A stretch of 64,000 bases of DNA, from NCBI GenBank assembly GCA_030141605.1, contig JAQGDQ010000003.1, positions 1,240,001 through 1,304,000 of the forward strand. The letters are read 5' to 3'. The DNA comes from Tubiluchus corallicola (taxonomy: Eukaryota > Animalia > Priapulida). Below the pieces are notes generated by a model that was given only the letters and a program-made list of their open reading frames with translations, was not told the DNA's origin and made no database searches. The position numbers and the translations under genes were made by a program. Of the stretch, positions 1 to 14,143 are shown one piece after another (within the stretch, counting starts at the first letter, position 1; each line of letters starts with the position of its first letter).

Positions 1-556
1 ATTACATGAAATACTTATGTAATTGGAAAAGAAAATTCGCGTCAACCAGTAAACAGCAGTGTATAGCCATCTCAGTGTGCACCACTGATTCACCAAAAAG
101 AACATTATTGATCTTGTTGACAATACAAAGTAATTTAAACTTTGTTAGCGAGGAGTGTGTAGCAAATGCTCTAACTATTTTTTCGAACTTTAAGTAATGT
201 TATTTAAACTTGTTTCAAACGACTTACGGTTAAATGGCTACGCCTAACGGTCATCGCGGGTTTTTAAATTTTCATGTTTAATACAACGTTACTACTAATA
301 CAATCTCTGTATGCAATCAGACAGCATGTAAGTGACATAAAATTTCAAGACGAATTTTGCGCTTTATTTTTGAACAATGTTTTCCTGCACCTTAAACAAA
401 CAAACAAACAAACAAAAAGCTCATGTTTCTATTGATTAAACGCACTGTGGAATATTTCTGAGGTTACAAATTACAATAACACTCAAATAGTGAGTAGGCA
501 GTTTGTGGAATAATAAATTGTATAATGTGATGTTTTAAATATGCTCTAGTATCTAG

Positions 557-572
557 CAACAACAACAACAAC

Positions 573-634
<62 letters not shown>

Positions 635-662
635 GGACAACGGCAACGGCAACGATGACAAC
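557..662. repeat. Compound (CAA/GAC)n microsatellite
   Basis: Seen directly. Confidence 0.9.
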
Positions 663-2261
663 AAAAACATTTAAAATAACAACCATCGTGAACAACCGCA
701 AAACATCAACTATAAGAGCAACAGCATTTATACAACACGGCATCAAAAACAACAATACATTTCATATATTGCCATATGAAAATCTTCTAGAGACTACAGA
801 GTGTTATTTTAAAAAAAAAGACATGATGTAAAAGAAATTTGCCACCATTTACAAAAGTAATTATAACAATGGAATAAATTTCTATTACATAACATACTAC
901 AGAACCGGTTAAATGCAGTAACTTGACACTGGGATGTCGCAGCCATCTTTAAAGGTTAATGTCTTACATATTATCTCGTTTCACTTTTCCGCATTTTACT
1001 CATTTGTGTGACAATAAACGACAAATGATACAGTGACTTGTCTTGGTTGAACAACCAGCTCGGGGACAAAAGCAAGTTAGCCACTCGCACCACGTATCGT
1101 CACAATTAATGTTATCGTATTTTAGTTCTTATAAATTGAAGCAATTTTTATATATCTAACGTGGCTTTAATCTAATATCTGAACTAACGATTTCATTAAT
1201 TCATTGAAAAAAAACATAAATCATAACCTAATTAGATCTTTCAGTAAAAATTAGCATTAATATTCAAGATAAAATTATTGTTTAAGCATTTACCTTATCA
1301 AACATAATAATTATTATGAAACTCGAACGAAAAGCTGTGATAGCACTCTAAATAAGCCTTCTTCAAATGGCTAAGTCAAATTCAGGTATGCTGGTAATAA
1401 TTGGTCAAATGCTGGTAATAATTGATCTTTTACTATGATTTTGCCTATTTCTTTAAACTAGTATAAGTTTAGGCTGGCTTTTCACTGGTAAAGAAAAAAA
1501 CAATGGAAGAAAAAGGCAAATGATAGAAGGACGAGCAGTGGACAGGGGCTTGGAATGTCTCGAACGGATTAGCGATGTTCGACGTTTCGAATCGAGACTT
1601 AGAATTCATTAATGGCATATACATTACACATACTACAATTACATATATAAAACAAAACAACAACAAAATACAAGAATACAAAACACAGCTATTACATTAT
1701 AGCTATGAAGCCAAAAAACACACATAATAAATAACAAATTTATATAATTTTAGTATAGATACAGTTAGCGTATCATGAAAAAATAATAAGTAATGTTATC
1801 AATATTTACATGTTGGTACTATTTTCTCCTTTTTTAAACACTTAAACATGTAATGGGCGAAATAATCAGTGAATTTCGGCAGGCGCAAGTGGTCAAATTA
1901 GTCACTTCATTTGTAATAATGATTTTATTTGAAAATTTATCCACAATTAGTACTTGAACTTGAGAACTTAAGTTTACAAGGCTAATACGTTATTAACTGC
2001 GCAATAGAGAAAAAGTTGAAGAGCAGCTTCTGTTCTAATTCTTTTATGGGAGGTACCGCCCTTGTTGTTCGGCATTACCCATGCTGCTAGAAGTTGATGT
2101 GTATTAATGGGTAATTAACTGGTTAATTATCGAGCAGAAGATTAGATATTCTAATCACAAATAGTTTCAAAGTAGCAAGTTACAAAAGTTGCTAAATTTC
2201 TAGTGTACTTTAATTACAACAGAAGATATACGAAAATATACAAAATATAAAGTAACAATTT

Positions 2262-2350
2262 GTTCGGCCAGGATTCGAACTCAGAACCATTTGCTTGTCT
2301 CGCAAATACTCTACCAAAGAAGGACCTTTAAGATACAACTGACTAAAGAG
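2262..2350 (-). mobile_element. Degenerate tRNA-like SINE head (similar relic at about 8815-8885)
   Basis: Minus strand TTGGTAGAG..GAGTTCGAATCCTGG. Confidence 0.4.
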
Positions 2351-2601
2351 CAGCATGCTATCCTTTATGTTAAACGTCAGGTCAGTAAAAGCGGTTTTGT
2401 GATTTGTAATCGTTGTCAAGCACTTGCCGATGTATATAGTAAAGATATAATAAAAAATTAATAAATTGTAGTTAATCAGGCTTATTCCTTACTTTACATG
2501 CCGAATACTTTACGTTATAACATACGTAACGTGTGCCGACATATGCTTGATATAACAGTGATCAGAAGGCCTAACTATGAATTAGTAGCCAGTTTTGAAT
2601 G

Positions 2602-2826
2602 CCGGCGTAACAGCCTGGACTATACCCCATGACCAGAGTATACCCGGGTTATTCCACCACTTTTACACTCGTTTTTTCGTTGGATTGTTCACATTTATGA
2701 TACACTACATTGTCACATGCCCAAGGGTATAAAGTAGGCTAGGCGAAACTACACCCCGGGGTTTATTATGGACTAGGTTAAACCCGGGTATATTCTGGAG
2801 GGGCATAATCTGGGCTGTTACACCGG
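2602..2826. mobile_element. Small MITE-like element with imperfect TIRs of about 50 bp
   Basis: ccggcgtaacagcctggactatacccc..tatacccgggtt (2602-2650) is the reverse complement of aacccgggtatattctggaggggcataatctgggctgttacaccgg (about 2780-2826). Confidence 0.6.
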
Positions 2827-5223
2827 GATAACTTTCTTGCCAAAGTGTTTGGCAGAATCTACGAACACAAAATTCAAAACCAAAAATGTAGCTAATAAAC
2901 AGAACAAAAATGTAATTTGTCACACTCTTCACACTCTGTCACACAATAACATAACTATCTATAGACAATCACTGCGTATAATCGCTTTGAGAGATTGATA
3001 ATCGGCCGGTCTTAATAAGTAAATGTTGTGGATAAATGCCGAGTACTTTATATAACATTATCTCTGTGCACTCATCTTTGATCTATATTTCATTTAAAAT
3101 TTGTTCTTTCAGCTTCATTGAAATTAGCAGTGTTTGAGAGAAGCGTGAATACCAGGAAGTTTTCTACGCTTTTTGTTCCGCTACAACGCGCCTTGATCGT
3201 ATGCTCTTAGTGCTCTAGTGCACGGCTATGTTCAATAAGTGAGTTAGTACATAATCTGGGTTAAACTCCTGATAACCATCATGCCAAATTTAAAAATAGG
3301 AATTGAAATCAAACTAATCCTGCGCATTTTTAGGGACTTCGGTATTACTAGGCAACTGTTTGACTACCTGCTTAGGTTTCTAGAGTCTAAAGTCATTAAC
3401 TTCTTAAGTGTTTGGCTCAATGTCCAAAAATACGGAGATGTCAGTATTCCCATTAATTTCATTGTCGATAGAATAATAATCTTTCATAGCACGTTTTGAC
3501 TTTTCCTGCTGTTGATTTTTTTACGTGCAAAATGCATTTTTTCCGCATGGCGTTACCGTAGTACTGAAAAGGTTTCTAATTTATAAAAAGATTATTAATA
3601 TAGGTTAGCTCTCCTAAGACACTAAAGTTTTCGAAAATTTAGTAAGTACTAAACAATTTAGCGCGGCACAATGAATGTTGTACGTATATAGTCTTTCTTA
3701 ATTACGGTTACTTTGGAATATGTAAGCTAAACTCTTAAATTAATGTTAAATCTTTAAACTTAAATTAATGATAATTTTGAATTGCTTTCTGTGGAAACGT
3801 TTTCACGAGAAAAAGTGTATGAGCTTTTACGAGAACAAGAGTATGATCTTTTAAATAAGTATACATTTGCAAAAGTTCAGGATTTTTTTTGGTAGGAGCT
3901 TAAACCCGTTTCGGATTTATTGCAAATGTTCTTTGCTTTTGTGATGCCTACACGTGTTCAATTGTTTTGCTTTTTCATGTACTTAGCAGATGCCGTATTT
4001 TGCCATCTCGTCCCACAGACATAATTGTGTTCTGTGAACATTATGAATAGTAATTGGATTTGTTTGTGAAGAAAACTAGTGCAAAGCCTAGAACAAGAAC
4101 GATCTTTGTATCGCCATTTTAGTTGCCAAAAGTCAAGTTTAAAAAAGCAGATATAGTATTTGCAGAAAGTGAACTTGTGTAATTAATAATCCTGTAGCTT
4201 GTTTTTCTCGTCTACTTTTGCTTACCTGGCATCAGGTTTATTTCAATGTCATGACTATTAGAAGAATGTGTTACTACGAGTTGTGTTTGTTATCTTAGCA
4301 AGTAGAAGAGAAAATGTTGCCAGCTGAGTGAGATGAGTTAAGCGTTTTGATTGCATAATCTCTGAAAATGCGCATTAAAAGAAATAAAAAAATTCAATCC
4401 AAGTCAATTACAACTCCATTCACTTTATTTGGCATAGACAACAACTAATCATATAGATTACTCATAAAGTTATCAAGGCATTAATACAAGAATAATAAAT
4501 GCTCTGTCAAGTTAAGAATAGTACAACAATAATAAGATGCTCTGGAGACCAAAGAAGCGGAGCTCAAGCAAGGACCAAAAGCTGAGACAGTTTAGAAATT
4601 CAATGGACGCATAACACGGTCAAAACAGCTGACGAAAAATTACGTAACTTTAAGCCACGCCGAATATAACCAAAACACGTGTAGACAATAATACCTAAAC
4701 ACGGAAGAAAAGAAGCTGCTGCTCGGTGCGTGTGCGTCGTATAGTCGTAATTATATTCTCTAACTTCGTTTTCACAAACCCTTAAGCGCTCAGTATGTGT
4801 TGTGTGGGTTCTTCCGTATCGTGAAAAGACGATGTTTAATCTTATAAAATTTGATGAACGGTTCCATGAAAGCGCTCTGTTTGCTCAGTCGTATATAAAT
4901 GAATAAATCTGCTAAGTTTCATATCGTTTTGCTCATTGTATAATTGCGCAGAAGCGTGAGAAGAAGAAGAGAAATTTTTACTGAATGTCGAGTCGCCTTG
5001 CGTTAGTCAGGCAAGCAAAAACTTTAGCAGTGCACACTTGAAAACCATCTAGGAAATGCAAAAGGAGGAGGGTTATTATCATGATCCAAACAATTTTATT
5101 ATTAAAAGTGTCCGAAAAAGAACAGCCTTTAATTTCTATAAACCGACATAAAATTTGGAGTTGTTGGATTCAAACTAGAATCGCTTTGTTCTTCACAAAT
5201 AAACATTGAAATTTATTAACTTA

Positions 5224-5772
5224 CTAGCAAAGGCCCCGCAAAAAATTTTGCGAATAAATACATTTATAATCAATAATACGCGAACACCCTACATAGCTCT
5301 CATTTATAATCCAAAGCCAGTAGCAGCTTTTACTGAATTAAAGTTATAAGTTTATAAGCAGAGTATAATGGTGACGTCAGAACAACAGCTTTGAGTCAGC
5401 AGTTTTCCAAGCGAAAATTGCGCGAAATGGAACCTCTAATCAACCCGTCTAGTCAAAATTTCGAAAAAATCGGGAGTTGGGTCCGAGAAAACGTCCGTTA
5501 CCTGACGCCGTAGCCCTCTCGTGAATTCTAAATACGCCTACTACACCCACGGACTATCTATGCATAACCAGCACCACCCATGGCCCATTCCCGTTCTCCA
5601 GAAATAAGAGGTATAAGTTTTGCAGAAAAATGGCCATTTTCGGATGTTTTACGTCCCGGTGGGCCCGATTCGAAAAATTAACCCCCAGTGAGACCACACT
5701 AGATTGAGACCTTTTGTTTGATTTATAGATCGCTGCAAATGGTGTCGCCGTCGAAGCTGTAGCCTCGAATCT

Positions 5773-5804
<32 letters not shown>

Positions 5805-5835
5805 TATATATACGAGGCTTATATATATATATGGA
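5224..5835 (-). mobile_element. Non-autonomous Helitron-like element
   Basis: On the minus strand: 5' A|TC start into a (TA)n tract, 3' hairpin CGCAAAA-TT-TTTTGCG (5237-5252) 9 nt before CTAG|T (5224-5227). These are canonical Helitron termini. Confidence 0.6.
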
Positions 5836-7760
5836 TATATATACGATGGAACATTGTCAGGACTGCAGTTAGAACAATTGCCACAACAATTAATTTGCCA
5901 TGCACCATATGCCATCTAAATGCTATTATCGTTAGTCTTAATTAAACTGCGCTGTTCAAAAAAACAATGATCACTTTTTCCTGTTTATCAAATCATCAAA
6001 TTAAATGCCTAATTTTTATCTGTTTTACAAGTAAACAGTTTTAAGAATTTGGTTTAACTGAATAAATTGTTACATTACGTTTCTGAAATATTTGTTGCAA
6101 ATTAGAACAATAAACTTTATTCCCGGAAACAACCACCAAAGAATGCTAGCCTGCGTGCTTAATACCGTCTTTTGGCTTGCCGGCATTTTGCGTTTTTGCC
6201 CACAGGCCGGTTATAAGCAATGACGAAAAATTTTGGACTATCGCCAAGCTTGGCTTGAAAGCAAAGTTTAGCAAACGAAGATCTTTTGAAATAGCCATGC
6301 ACTGTGACTGTCAGTGTAGCAAAAGATCACTGCCATTTGTCTTCTCAGACAAACAACTCTATATTTTTCCTTTATTTTTGATTTTTAATGCATTGTGCAT
6401 GCATGAACAAAGTTACCGGGCGTGTTGTGACTTTTTAAGTATAAGGGATACACATTAAAATAATTCACCACCTATTGCCGAACCAGAATGGTCAGTTTAT
6501 CATGCAACAAGTAGTTATCGGAGAAACGGTCGAATTTATCGACTAAACGTGGTATATTCCTTGCTAATTTCCAGTTTTTCCAGTTAGTATAACATTAATG
6601 TAAAATTAATGAGTTTAATTATCTAAGACTGAGAGTTTTCTGGTAATACCTTTTCTCTGAGGTCAACTCGCTGTTGCGGTTTGTTACAACAAAACAGCGA
6701 TAAAAATTTGACGTTTTGTTGAACTCAGTTTTGACATATCCAAACTCGTAAAATTTATAAACCGCTTTAGCAACATCGTACCATGAATAAGTTTTAGGGT
6801 ATTTCACAACGCTCTGCACCTTTTATATATATTTAGTATCTATTGTCTACTTAATGTACAGGGTTGTGGTGGGACCGGACTTGTTCATTGTCATGGATAA
6901 TCATAGACGTTTTCGTAGGTTAGGGTGCTTATGATCGGCTGTTCCTGAGGTAAATAGCTGGGGCCAATACGACAGGTGACAAAGTTATAAGCAAAATTAA
7001 TTTCCATGTACAATTTAAGAAACGAAATTTATTTGTACTTCGATTGTTTATTCTATTGACATGTAAAAAGCATTTTTGATAACTGAAACACTGGATTTAA
7101 TGACTAAATTTCGATAATTTTTTTAATTGAGGTTATTGATTCTGAATGCAATGGCGTAGAGCCTCTGTATAAACATTTTTTTATTATAATATTTTACTGA
7201 AATCTGAAAGCGGTAACTTTGCTGCTTTCATTAATAGCTGCTAGCATTATTTTTAATTTTTATGGCACTCTTTCCTTTAGACTCGCGAAGTTAGAAAAAT
7301 CCCACTGATGTGTTTGAGAGGTATGAACTGGACAGTCCAATGGCTGAAGAAAACTAGGACAATGTCCGCTAACCCAGTAACTGTAAGCGGCAGGGCAGAA
7401 AGGTGCTATTTTGATATTGGTCTGTATATAGATCATGGCTTTTTATGCACACAAAAGTAAAAGTTTAGATTTTCCCGCGATATAGGAATCATTGTCTTGC
7501 ACAGCAATATGGCACCAACGCGCACCCATTGACCCTGTTTCGTTATAATAAAAGCAGGGATTAAGGATAATAGCTGCTGCAATAATAAGATACTGTGAAT
7601 ACAATTACATACAAACAATAAAAGTCGAAAAGTAAAAATAGCGCTGAACTGTGGTAAATTATTACTGCCATTATCAATTTATTTTGAAATCACCTAACTG
7701 TAAGCAGTTTTATGTGGCATAGCAAAAACTTAACAGTATTTTTTCAATACAACGATAATT

Positions 7761-8310
7761 GAATAAAACGTTGAATGCCCTTTGCAGTGTCTCACTAAAG
7801 GTTATTTATTTATTTCAGGAGCTTTCGCCGTGATGGGCCTCATCAGCTATAAGTTACAAATAAAATGCTAAAATAGTATATACCAGTGTGCAAACAAAGA
7901 TTAAAAGCAAAAATACTAGCTAAACATCATTGACTTAAATAGTAATAACAATAATAAGTTAGAGAAAAGTGAAAACGATTGCATAGAAAGAAAAAAACCA
8001 AATACTATACAATTGCTCTTGCCAGAATAATTTCTTAATTAAACAAAGTAAAAAGAATTAAGCATGTCGTGCTCTTTTTCTTTCTGTACAGTCGTTTTTT
8101 ACTTTTTCTCTAACTTGTTGTTGCAATTTTTTTAAAATCTACTGTAATTTTTCAGCTACGGTTTTTGCTTTTAATCTTTGTTTGCACACTGATATATACT
8201 GTTTTAACATTTTATCTGTATTTTTCACTGATGACGCTTGCTAGGGCGAAAGCTTCCGAAATAAATATACAATCTACTTTGAGACTGTAAAGGGCATTCA
8301 ACGTTATATT
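7761..8310. mobile_element. Long inverted repeat (arms about 7761-7996 and 8074-8310) with hammerhead-like cores; Penelope-like terminal repeat remnant
   Basis: Arms are reverse complements, e.g. cagtgtgcaaacaaagattaaaagcaaaaa vs tttttgcttttaatctttgtttgcacactg. Each arm has CTGATGA..GC-GAAAGCT. Confidence 0.6.
8223..8261 (+). ncRNA. Degenerate minimal type I hammerhead ribozyme motif
   Basis: tttca CTGATGA cgcttgctagggc GAAA gct TC cgaaa; sister copy on the minus strand at 7813-7851 (CTGATGA g gcc catcac ggc GAAA gct cc tgaaa). Confidence 0.45.
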
Positions 8311-10969
8311 CACGATAAAGGTAACAAGTCCCAGGAGAGCTCTCTTATACAATGATAATTGCTTTGATAAATGGATACCACAGTTATCAACCTATATTTA
8401 TGCTGATTAAATCACTAAATACCTGTTTATACAGTATCAGTTAAGGTAACAACCTTACAGAAACAAATGTTTGTAACTTATAAAAGTCGAAATTCTACAA
8501 AAGACTTTCTATTATATGAATGCTAGGTCACAACTTATAAGAAATTAGATATAATTAGAAGTTATTATTGTTCATTGCCAATCTATCCGAAAGTATCGTT
8601 AGTATTAATAAACCTTGTGATTAATATCTCTTTCTTACGCTTACTGACTATTTTTATATTGCACATACTGATCAAATACTTTTGCTCATTCCCGTACTAT
8701 CATTTACTCGCTCCCTTGCTCGCTCTCTACTTGCTCATTCCCTCGCCGACTGACCAATTTGCCTATACATTAACCTGGTGGCTAATTAATTAAAGGAAGC
8801 ACTAAAAACTGTGAACCATACATGGACTTGAACGCAGAATCTTGCTATTTTTATATGCACGCTCTACAATTTGAGATCCTGGCCCAACAAACAGACACAT
8901 TGTTAATTTTTATTTATACATTTCTTTATGCTGTTACATGAGATTTTCATTTTGTTTGATTACTCATTATTTTATCAAACAGCTGTTTGAAAGTTTTCGG
9001 CTCGTCGCTTCGCACGGAACTAACAGCTATAAACATTTATTCACAGGAGCTTAAACCAAGAATTCTCACACTGCTATCATGGTAAAACCATAAGTCATTA
9101 TTATTCATCTCAAATTGTCTGAAACCTTTAGATAACGCTTTGCGTAACAGTGAAAACATACAAGGCAATAAGGAAAGACGCTAAGGCTATTAAGTGAGCG
9201 CTATGCGGAAGGCGCGCTACCAACGAACAAAACTAGGTAAAGAGAAAGACATGTAGACAGAATGCGAGTTAAGTAATTCGACATAAATTAAGATAATTAC
9301 CTAGGTGCCTTGTTCAAATAACTAATGTTTTACTGTATCAAGCTGAACTTTTTCTTAATTGAACTTTCACGAACTGATAATTTTGCGAATATATTGTATG
9401 TTTAAATATATGCAGTTTCTGTATTTTTTACAGTTTTTCTTTGAAACACTCGAGAAAAATTTCTACAAAAAAATTAAAATTAATCCTGTATTTTGTTTTA
9501 ATATTTTTGTGGGACGGAATTTAAAAAGACATTTTTATCTTGTAACAACTGATTTTTTTCTATTAATAATAGGAACGTAATTAGTTCATCGTCATTTTCT
9601 TATTATGTCCTTAAAACGAAAATTAATTTATTCCATATTCAAACTGCTTTATTATCAAGCAGATGGGCTTATAACTAATAATCTAGTTAAACGATATAGT
9701 CTTTCTCCCCTTTTTAAGAACAATTTTTTGTTTATGAAAGTGAGATAAAAAGCATTTTGCTTTAGAAAGCTACGCCGACGCAATATAACATAGGTATCCT
9801 GTCAATAATTGTATTCATTACCAATGATGACCTGTAGAAAACAATAATCAAATATGATATTAACCTAACTAAAATACTAGTAGTTAGACTAAACTAGCTT
9901 CGTCCATAAAAGAAACTCAAATAATAATTTTCCTACACAGTTACGTATCAAGAATATAATAGTGGAGCGTAATCTCGAACACAAAATTACATCGCTAACA
10001 GGGTTAAACGTCGGTATGTATCGTCAATCTACGATCTACATCAATGATGACAATACGAATTCTTTTATTACATTTGTAACAATCTCTGATACTAGGGCAA
10101 TTTAAAACAACCCTAGCGGTTTGGCTAAGTTTAAACACTTTTACCTTCTTAACGTAACGAAGAACAATACTATTACAAGTTTAAACTTGTGATCCCTTGA
10201 GGCTACAAGAGATCGTGGTTTGTAACTGTTAGTACCCATAAACATCAAGTACCACTGTAACCTATTTGAATGTTGTTAACAATCTCATATAATGTTCTAG
10301 TACCTGACGATGGCTTGACACCACGACACATAGGTGAAAGGGCTCGGGTATTGGGCACAATTATTGCGTCAGAAAAATTTACTGTTCATTAGATGAATTT
10401 TATCGCAGGGTGTCTGCTTTGGTGCAATAAGACCATCTTGCGGTTCTATAGGTGATTAACATACGATCATGTACAAAGAATGATTAAACCTATTAGTTAC
10501 TGATTGTGCTGGCAACTGCTTTTATACTGACATTTTTCTTGGCATAACATACTTGGAAGGCCATGGGAAAGTATCCCGCAATATCCTTACAAACTACTGT
10601 GAAACATATTACCTGATAACAGAATCAATCAACTAGTCTGTCGATTGATCAGTTGGTTGGTCGGCTGGTCAGAGTCAGTTTCGTCAGTCCGTGAGACAGT
10701 CGGTCATTCATTAAATAAATTATTTAATCTGTCGGTCAGTCAATCGGTCAGGATATGTGTACTAATTTTAGACAATTCAACTTTGAGTTATTAATCAATT
10801 TCATCTTACAGAATTGATAAAGAGGTTCTAGCACCATCACAGCAGCTTAACAGCTAACAGGCCATAAGGTTGAGTGTTGAATTTTGGCTTGCAAAGTGCC
10901 GAACTAACGGGTCGGAATTAGCAGGATGTACTTACTGTGACAGTAAATGCTTATAACTTTTATAGTTAA

Positions 10970-10993
10970 CGTCGTCGTCGTCGTTATCATCAC

Positions 10994-11054
<61 letters not shown>

Positions 11055-11068
11055 GTAATCATCACCAT
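10970..11068. repeat. (GTC/ATC)n microsatellite
   Basis: Seen directly. Confidence 0.9.
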
Positions 11069-11881
11069 TATTATTTCAAAATGAACAGCGTTATGGTACA
11101 GGCAGTTAAAAATAAATGTCTATTGAACCTGCAACGAAATGCTGGCGGTGTTAATTAAATTACAAAATCTTATCCAATTTATCGATAATAACGTAGACTC
11201 TCTAAATAGCAACTAACAATTCAATTCCTCCGTGAAAGCTTGAACGTGAAAATGCAAACGAGAAACATTGATCAGCTTTGTGCTAATGTCGATTTTTGAT
11301 CGATTTGTGTAATGTCACCATTAGTACGTCACTGTTCTGATCTAGTTATTCACTTGAGGTCACGAGGGTAGTATTATAATTAGCTGTAGAAAACTTATTA
11401 TTAAATTTCATAAAACGTACCAATTTCGTAGTCATGCTTCGCCCATTCCTTCCGCCGGATTCCAGTTCAAGTCGCGCCACTTTACCTGTTCACTTTTAGC
11501 ACATTATGTTTTTTTCGTATTTAAAATCTGCTGAAAAACTGCTGCTACGGATGTAGCCTAACTGAGAAAAGACTGCGTCATTTCGATAACTTATTTAGGT
11601 AAAAAAATTAAAACTAATTAACTAACAGTTAAAATATACGGTTATAGCCTGCGATTCCCAAAGGATCACACATTTCCGAGTATGCAGTTTGTAACTTGAG
11701 TAAATTGTTTCGAACCATGCCAAACTTTCCCGATTTTAAACTCAGGAAAGAATAGTGATTCATTCCTAGATAATCACCATTACTTCGTCTGTACACAACT
11801 TAACAGCTGTACTGTTGGTTGTACTAAATCCTGACAGCACTCTTCAAGTCTAATTTCTTCAACATTTTCAATGGATGTGTA

Positions 11882-12262
11882 TACAGGGTCGCCCAGAAAA
11901 ACATTCTTCAAAATTACCTAGTAACCTTCATCTTGGAAAACCATTTTGTAAAACAGACCCACATCACCGTGTACCGCGGTTTTTCGTCTTTCCAAAGAGC
12001 TATAAAATTCCTCCAGTACCCTCCAACGCAAAGCGCCGTTTTTTCTACACGGTGTTCTAATAATCAGCCATTTTAAGATTTTTCCACAGTCGTTCCTAGG
12101 GTAACACCGTGCCGAAAAAAGATAACACTGTGCCTTGTTAGGGGCTCTTGGAGAGAAATTATAGTTCTTTGCAAAGACGAGAAATCGGGCTACACCCTAA
12201 TGTTGGTCGCTTTGGCAATGCCTCTACCATGATGAAGGGAGTTTGAAGGGCATTTTTTCTGG
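11882..12262. mobile_element. Foldback MITE, Tc1/mariner-like left end
   Basis: Starts TA|CAGGGTC; long imperfect palindrome (tttttcgtctttccaaagagctataa vs ttatagttctttgcaaagacgagaaa; ccttcatcttgg vs ccatgatgaagg; ccagaaaaa vs ttttttctgg). Confidence 0.65.
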
Positions 12263-14050
12263 ATTTCAGCTACCACATCATCTTGCTAGGCAATCAACCA
12301 ATATTGTAACGTCAACCGAGTTTTCTTGTAACATCAACCAACATTTTGTTTTTACTTTCAAACTAACCATCCGCATTGTCACTAATTTAGATGAACATAA
12401 TGTTATCTATTGTAACATTCTACAAAATGAATTTATTTCTACGAAAGGTTCTATCAGAGTCCCGCCAAAGAAAATAATAATATAGTTGACACCTTCAACC
12501 TAAAATCAACCATTTTCCTTGCAAACTTCGAGTTTCGCGAGAAAGTAGAAATTCATAAAGGAATTTATTTAATTTCTGCTGGAGGTAAATTTGTTTACAA
12601 TAAACTCAGTTATTTTCGAATCACTGTAAACACAGTATTCAGTTATAAAATTTAACTTTTCCTGCATATCCAATGTTAGCTTGGGAGCAAACCGTTTTAT
12701 GCAGAGTGGTAATGCAAAGAGTCCTCACCTTGGAGCAGTGCAACCAAATTCGTTTGGGAAGGAATTGCATCATCCCAATTGAAGCCTTTGCGTAATAGTA
12801 CTTTTATAGCCCGCTATACCAGCAAAAAGGACAATGGCGATGATTTCGATGGAGACGATGAGAGCAACAACAATAAATGGTGTAAATCGTAGCATAGTTG
12901 CAGCAGCAACTGCAGTATGATATTATTTATGTAATGATGATGATTATTATGATGACAGTGCTGACAATAAACATGAGCATGTAATGATGATCATGTCAAT
13001 TGCATGTATATCTGAAACGTTATTGTTATTGATGATCTTGTGAAGCTTATAATGACGATAACAATGATTGTAGTGATGATGATGATGACAACGACGACGA
13101 CGATGTTGATGACAGCGATGTTGGTGGCCGTGGTGTTAACCTTGCATAGCAATAGTGTCATTATGCCATAAAGGTTGCAACGTTTTGAATTCCCCTTATA
13201 TTAGAAATGTTTAAAAAATAAAAAAAACAGCTTAAATTATGCCTGACAGTAGTTGCATTTTTAAAACGAATGTCCTCTATGTCTCTATTTATGTAATATT
13301 ATAGACACATACATTTTGTTATGCCTAATTTCAGATTAATCAGAGCATCTTCATCATTTTCAGCACTAAGGTGGCAATGGTGAAAACGTCATCCAATCGC
13401 ATGTTCTACTCCTAAGATTCTTTTTCTTGAACTTCAATAAGTGAGTTAATAGTTTTAGCCTATAACTTTCATACCACTTCTAGGGATCAGTGACTACATT
13501 CCTGCGCCTAATCAGGACAAAATACCAGTTTGTCTAGGAAAGAACTGGTATGCATTAAAAAGCTAATTGGGCTATTACCTATAAGTCCATGAAATAACAG
13601 TTTATTCAGTGTCAGTGTTAGTTTACATAACTCATAATTGGTGAGGGCTGAATTCACTTTCAATAACGTTTTATCTACCACAATGATAAACAATGTCGCA
13701 TGTTAATTAACTGTGCTATTATTTTTTGAGATTTTATAGCAGTGACTTGTATAAAATTTATGTTTACGCTTGTGCCTACCGATGAGGACACATGGTTGTT
13801 GCAATGGTGGTATATGAAGAGGCCAAGCGTGCTGACAGTATAAGCCGCGGTCACATTCCCACCCATCGCTTCTGGACATTAATCAACGAAAATTCAGTAA
13901 TGCACATTATGGCTCAAAGGTATTGTTGCGCTGGTCAGTGCAACCCTCGCATGGCACGGTAGTGTAAAGCAGAGACAGTACCCTGTACTTGACGCATCGC
14001 TGCTCGGATGCAGGCGTTCTACCGTATACGGTCGACCCTAGGTGCGTTAC

Positions 14051-14143
14051 TATAAAACCATGAGGTAGGGGATTTATGGCACACTTCCCTCCAGCAAGCA
14101 CGTGGTGTGCATTTTAACTAATAGTGAGTGACGTTTATAATAG
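14051..14143 (+). promoter_or_regulatory. Putative gene 1 core promoter and non-coding first exon
   Basis: TATAAAA 14051-14057, Inr-like CACTT about 30 nt downstream, E-box CACGTG 14099-14104, donor AG|GTAAGA at 14144. Spacing mirrors gene 2. Confidence 0.55.

Noticed and set aside
903-910. Perfect Grainy head-type site AACCGGTT and scattered Ovo/Svb-like ACNGTT words
   Set aside because: Short motifs expected by chance in 64 kb; no clear clustering near the promoters.
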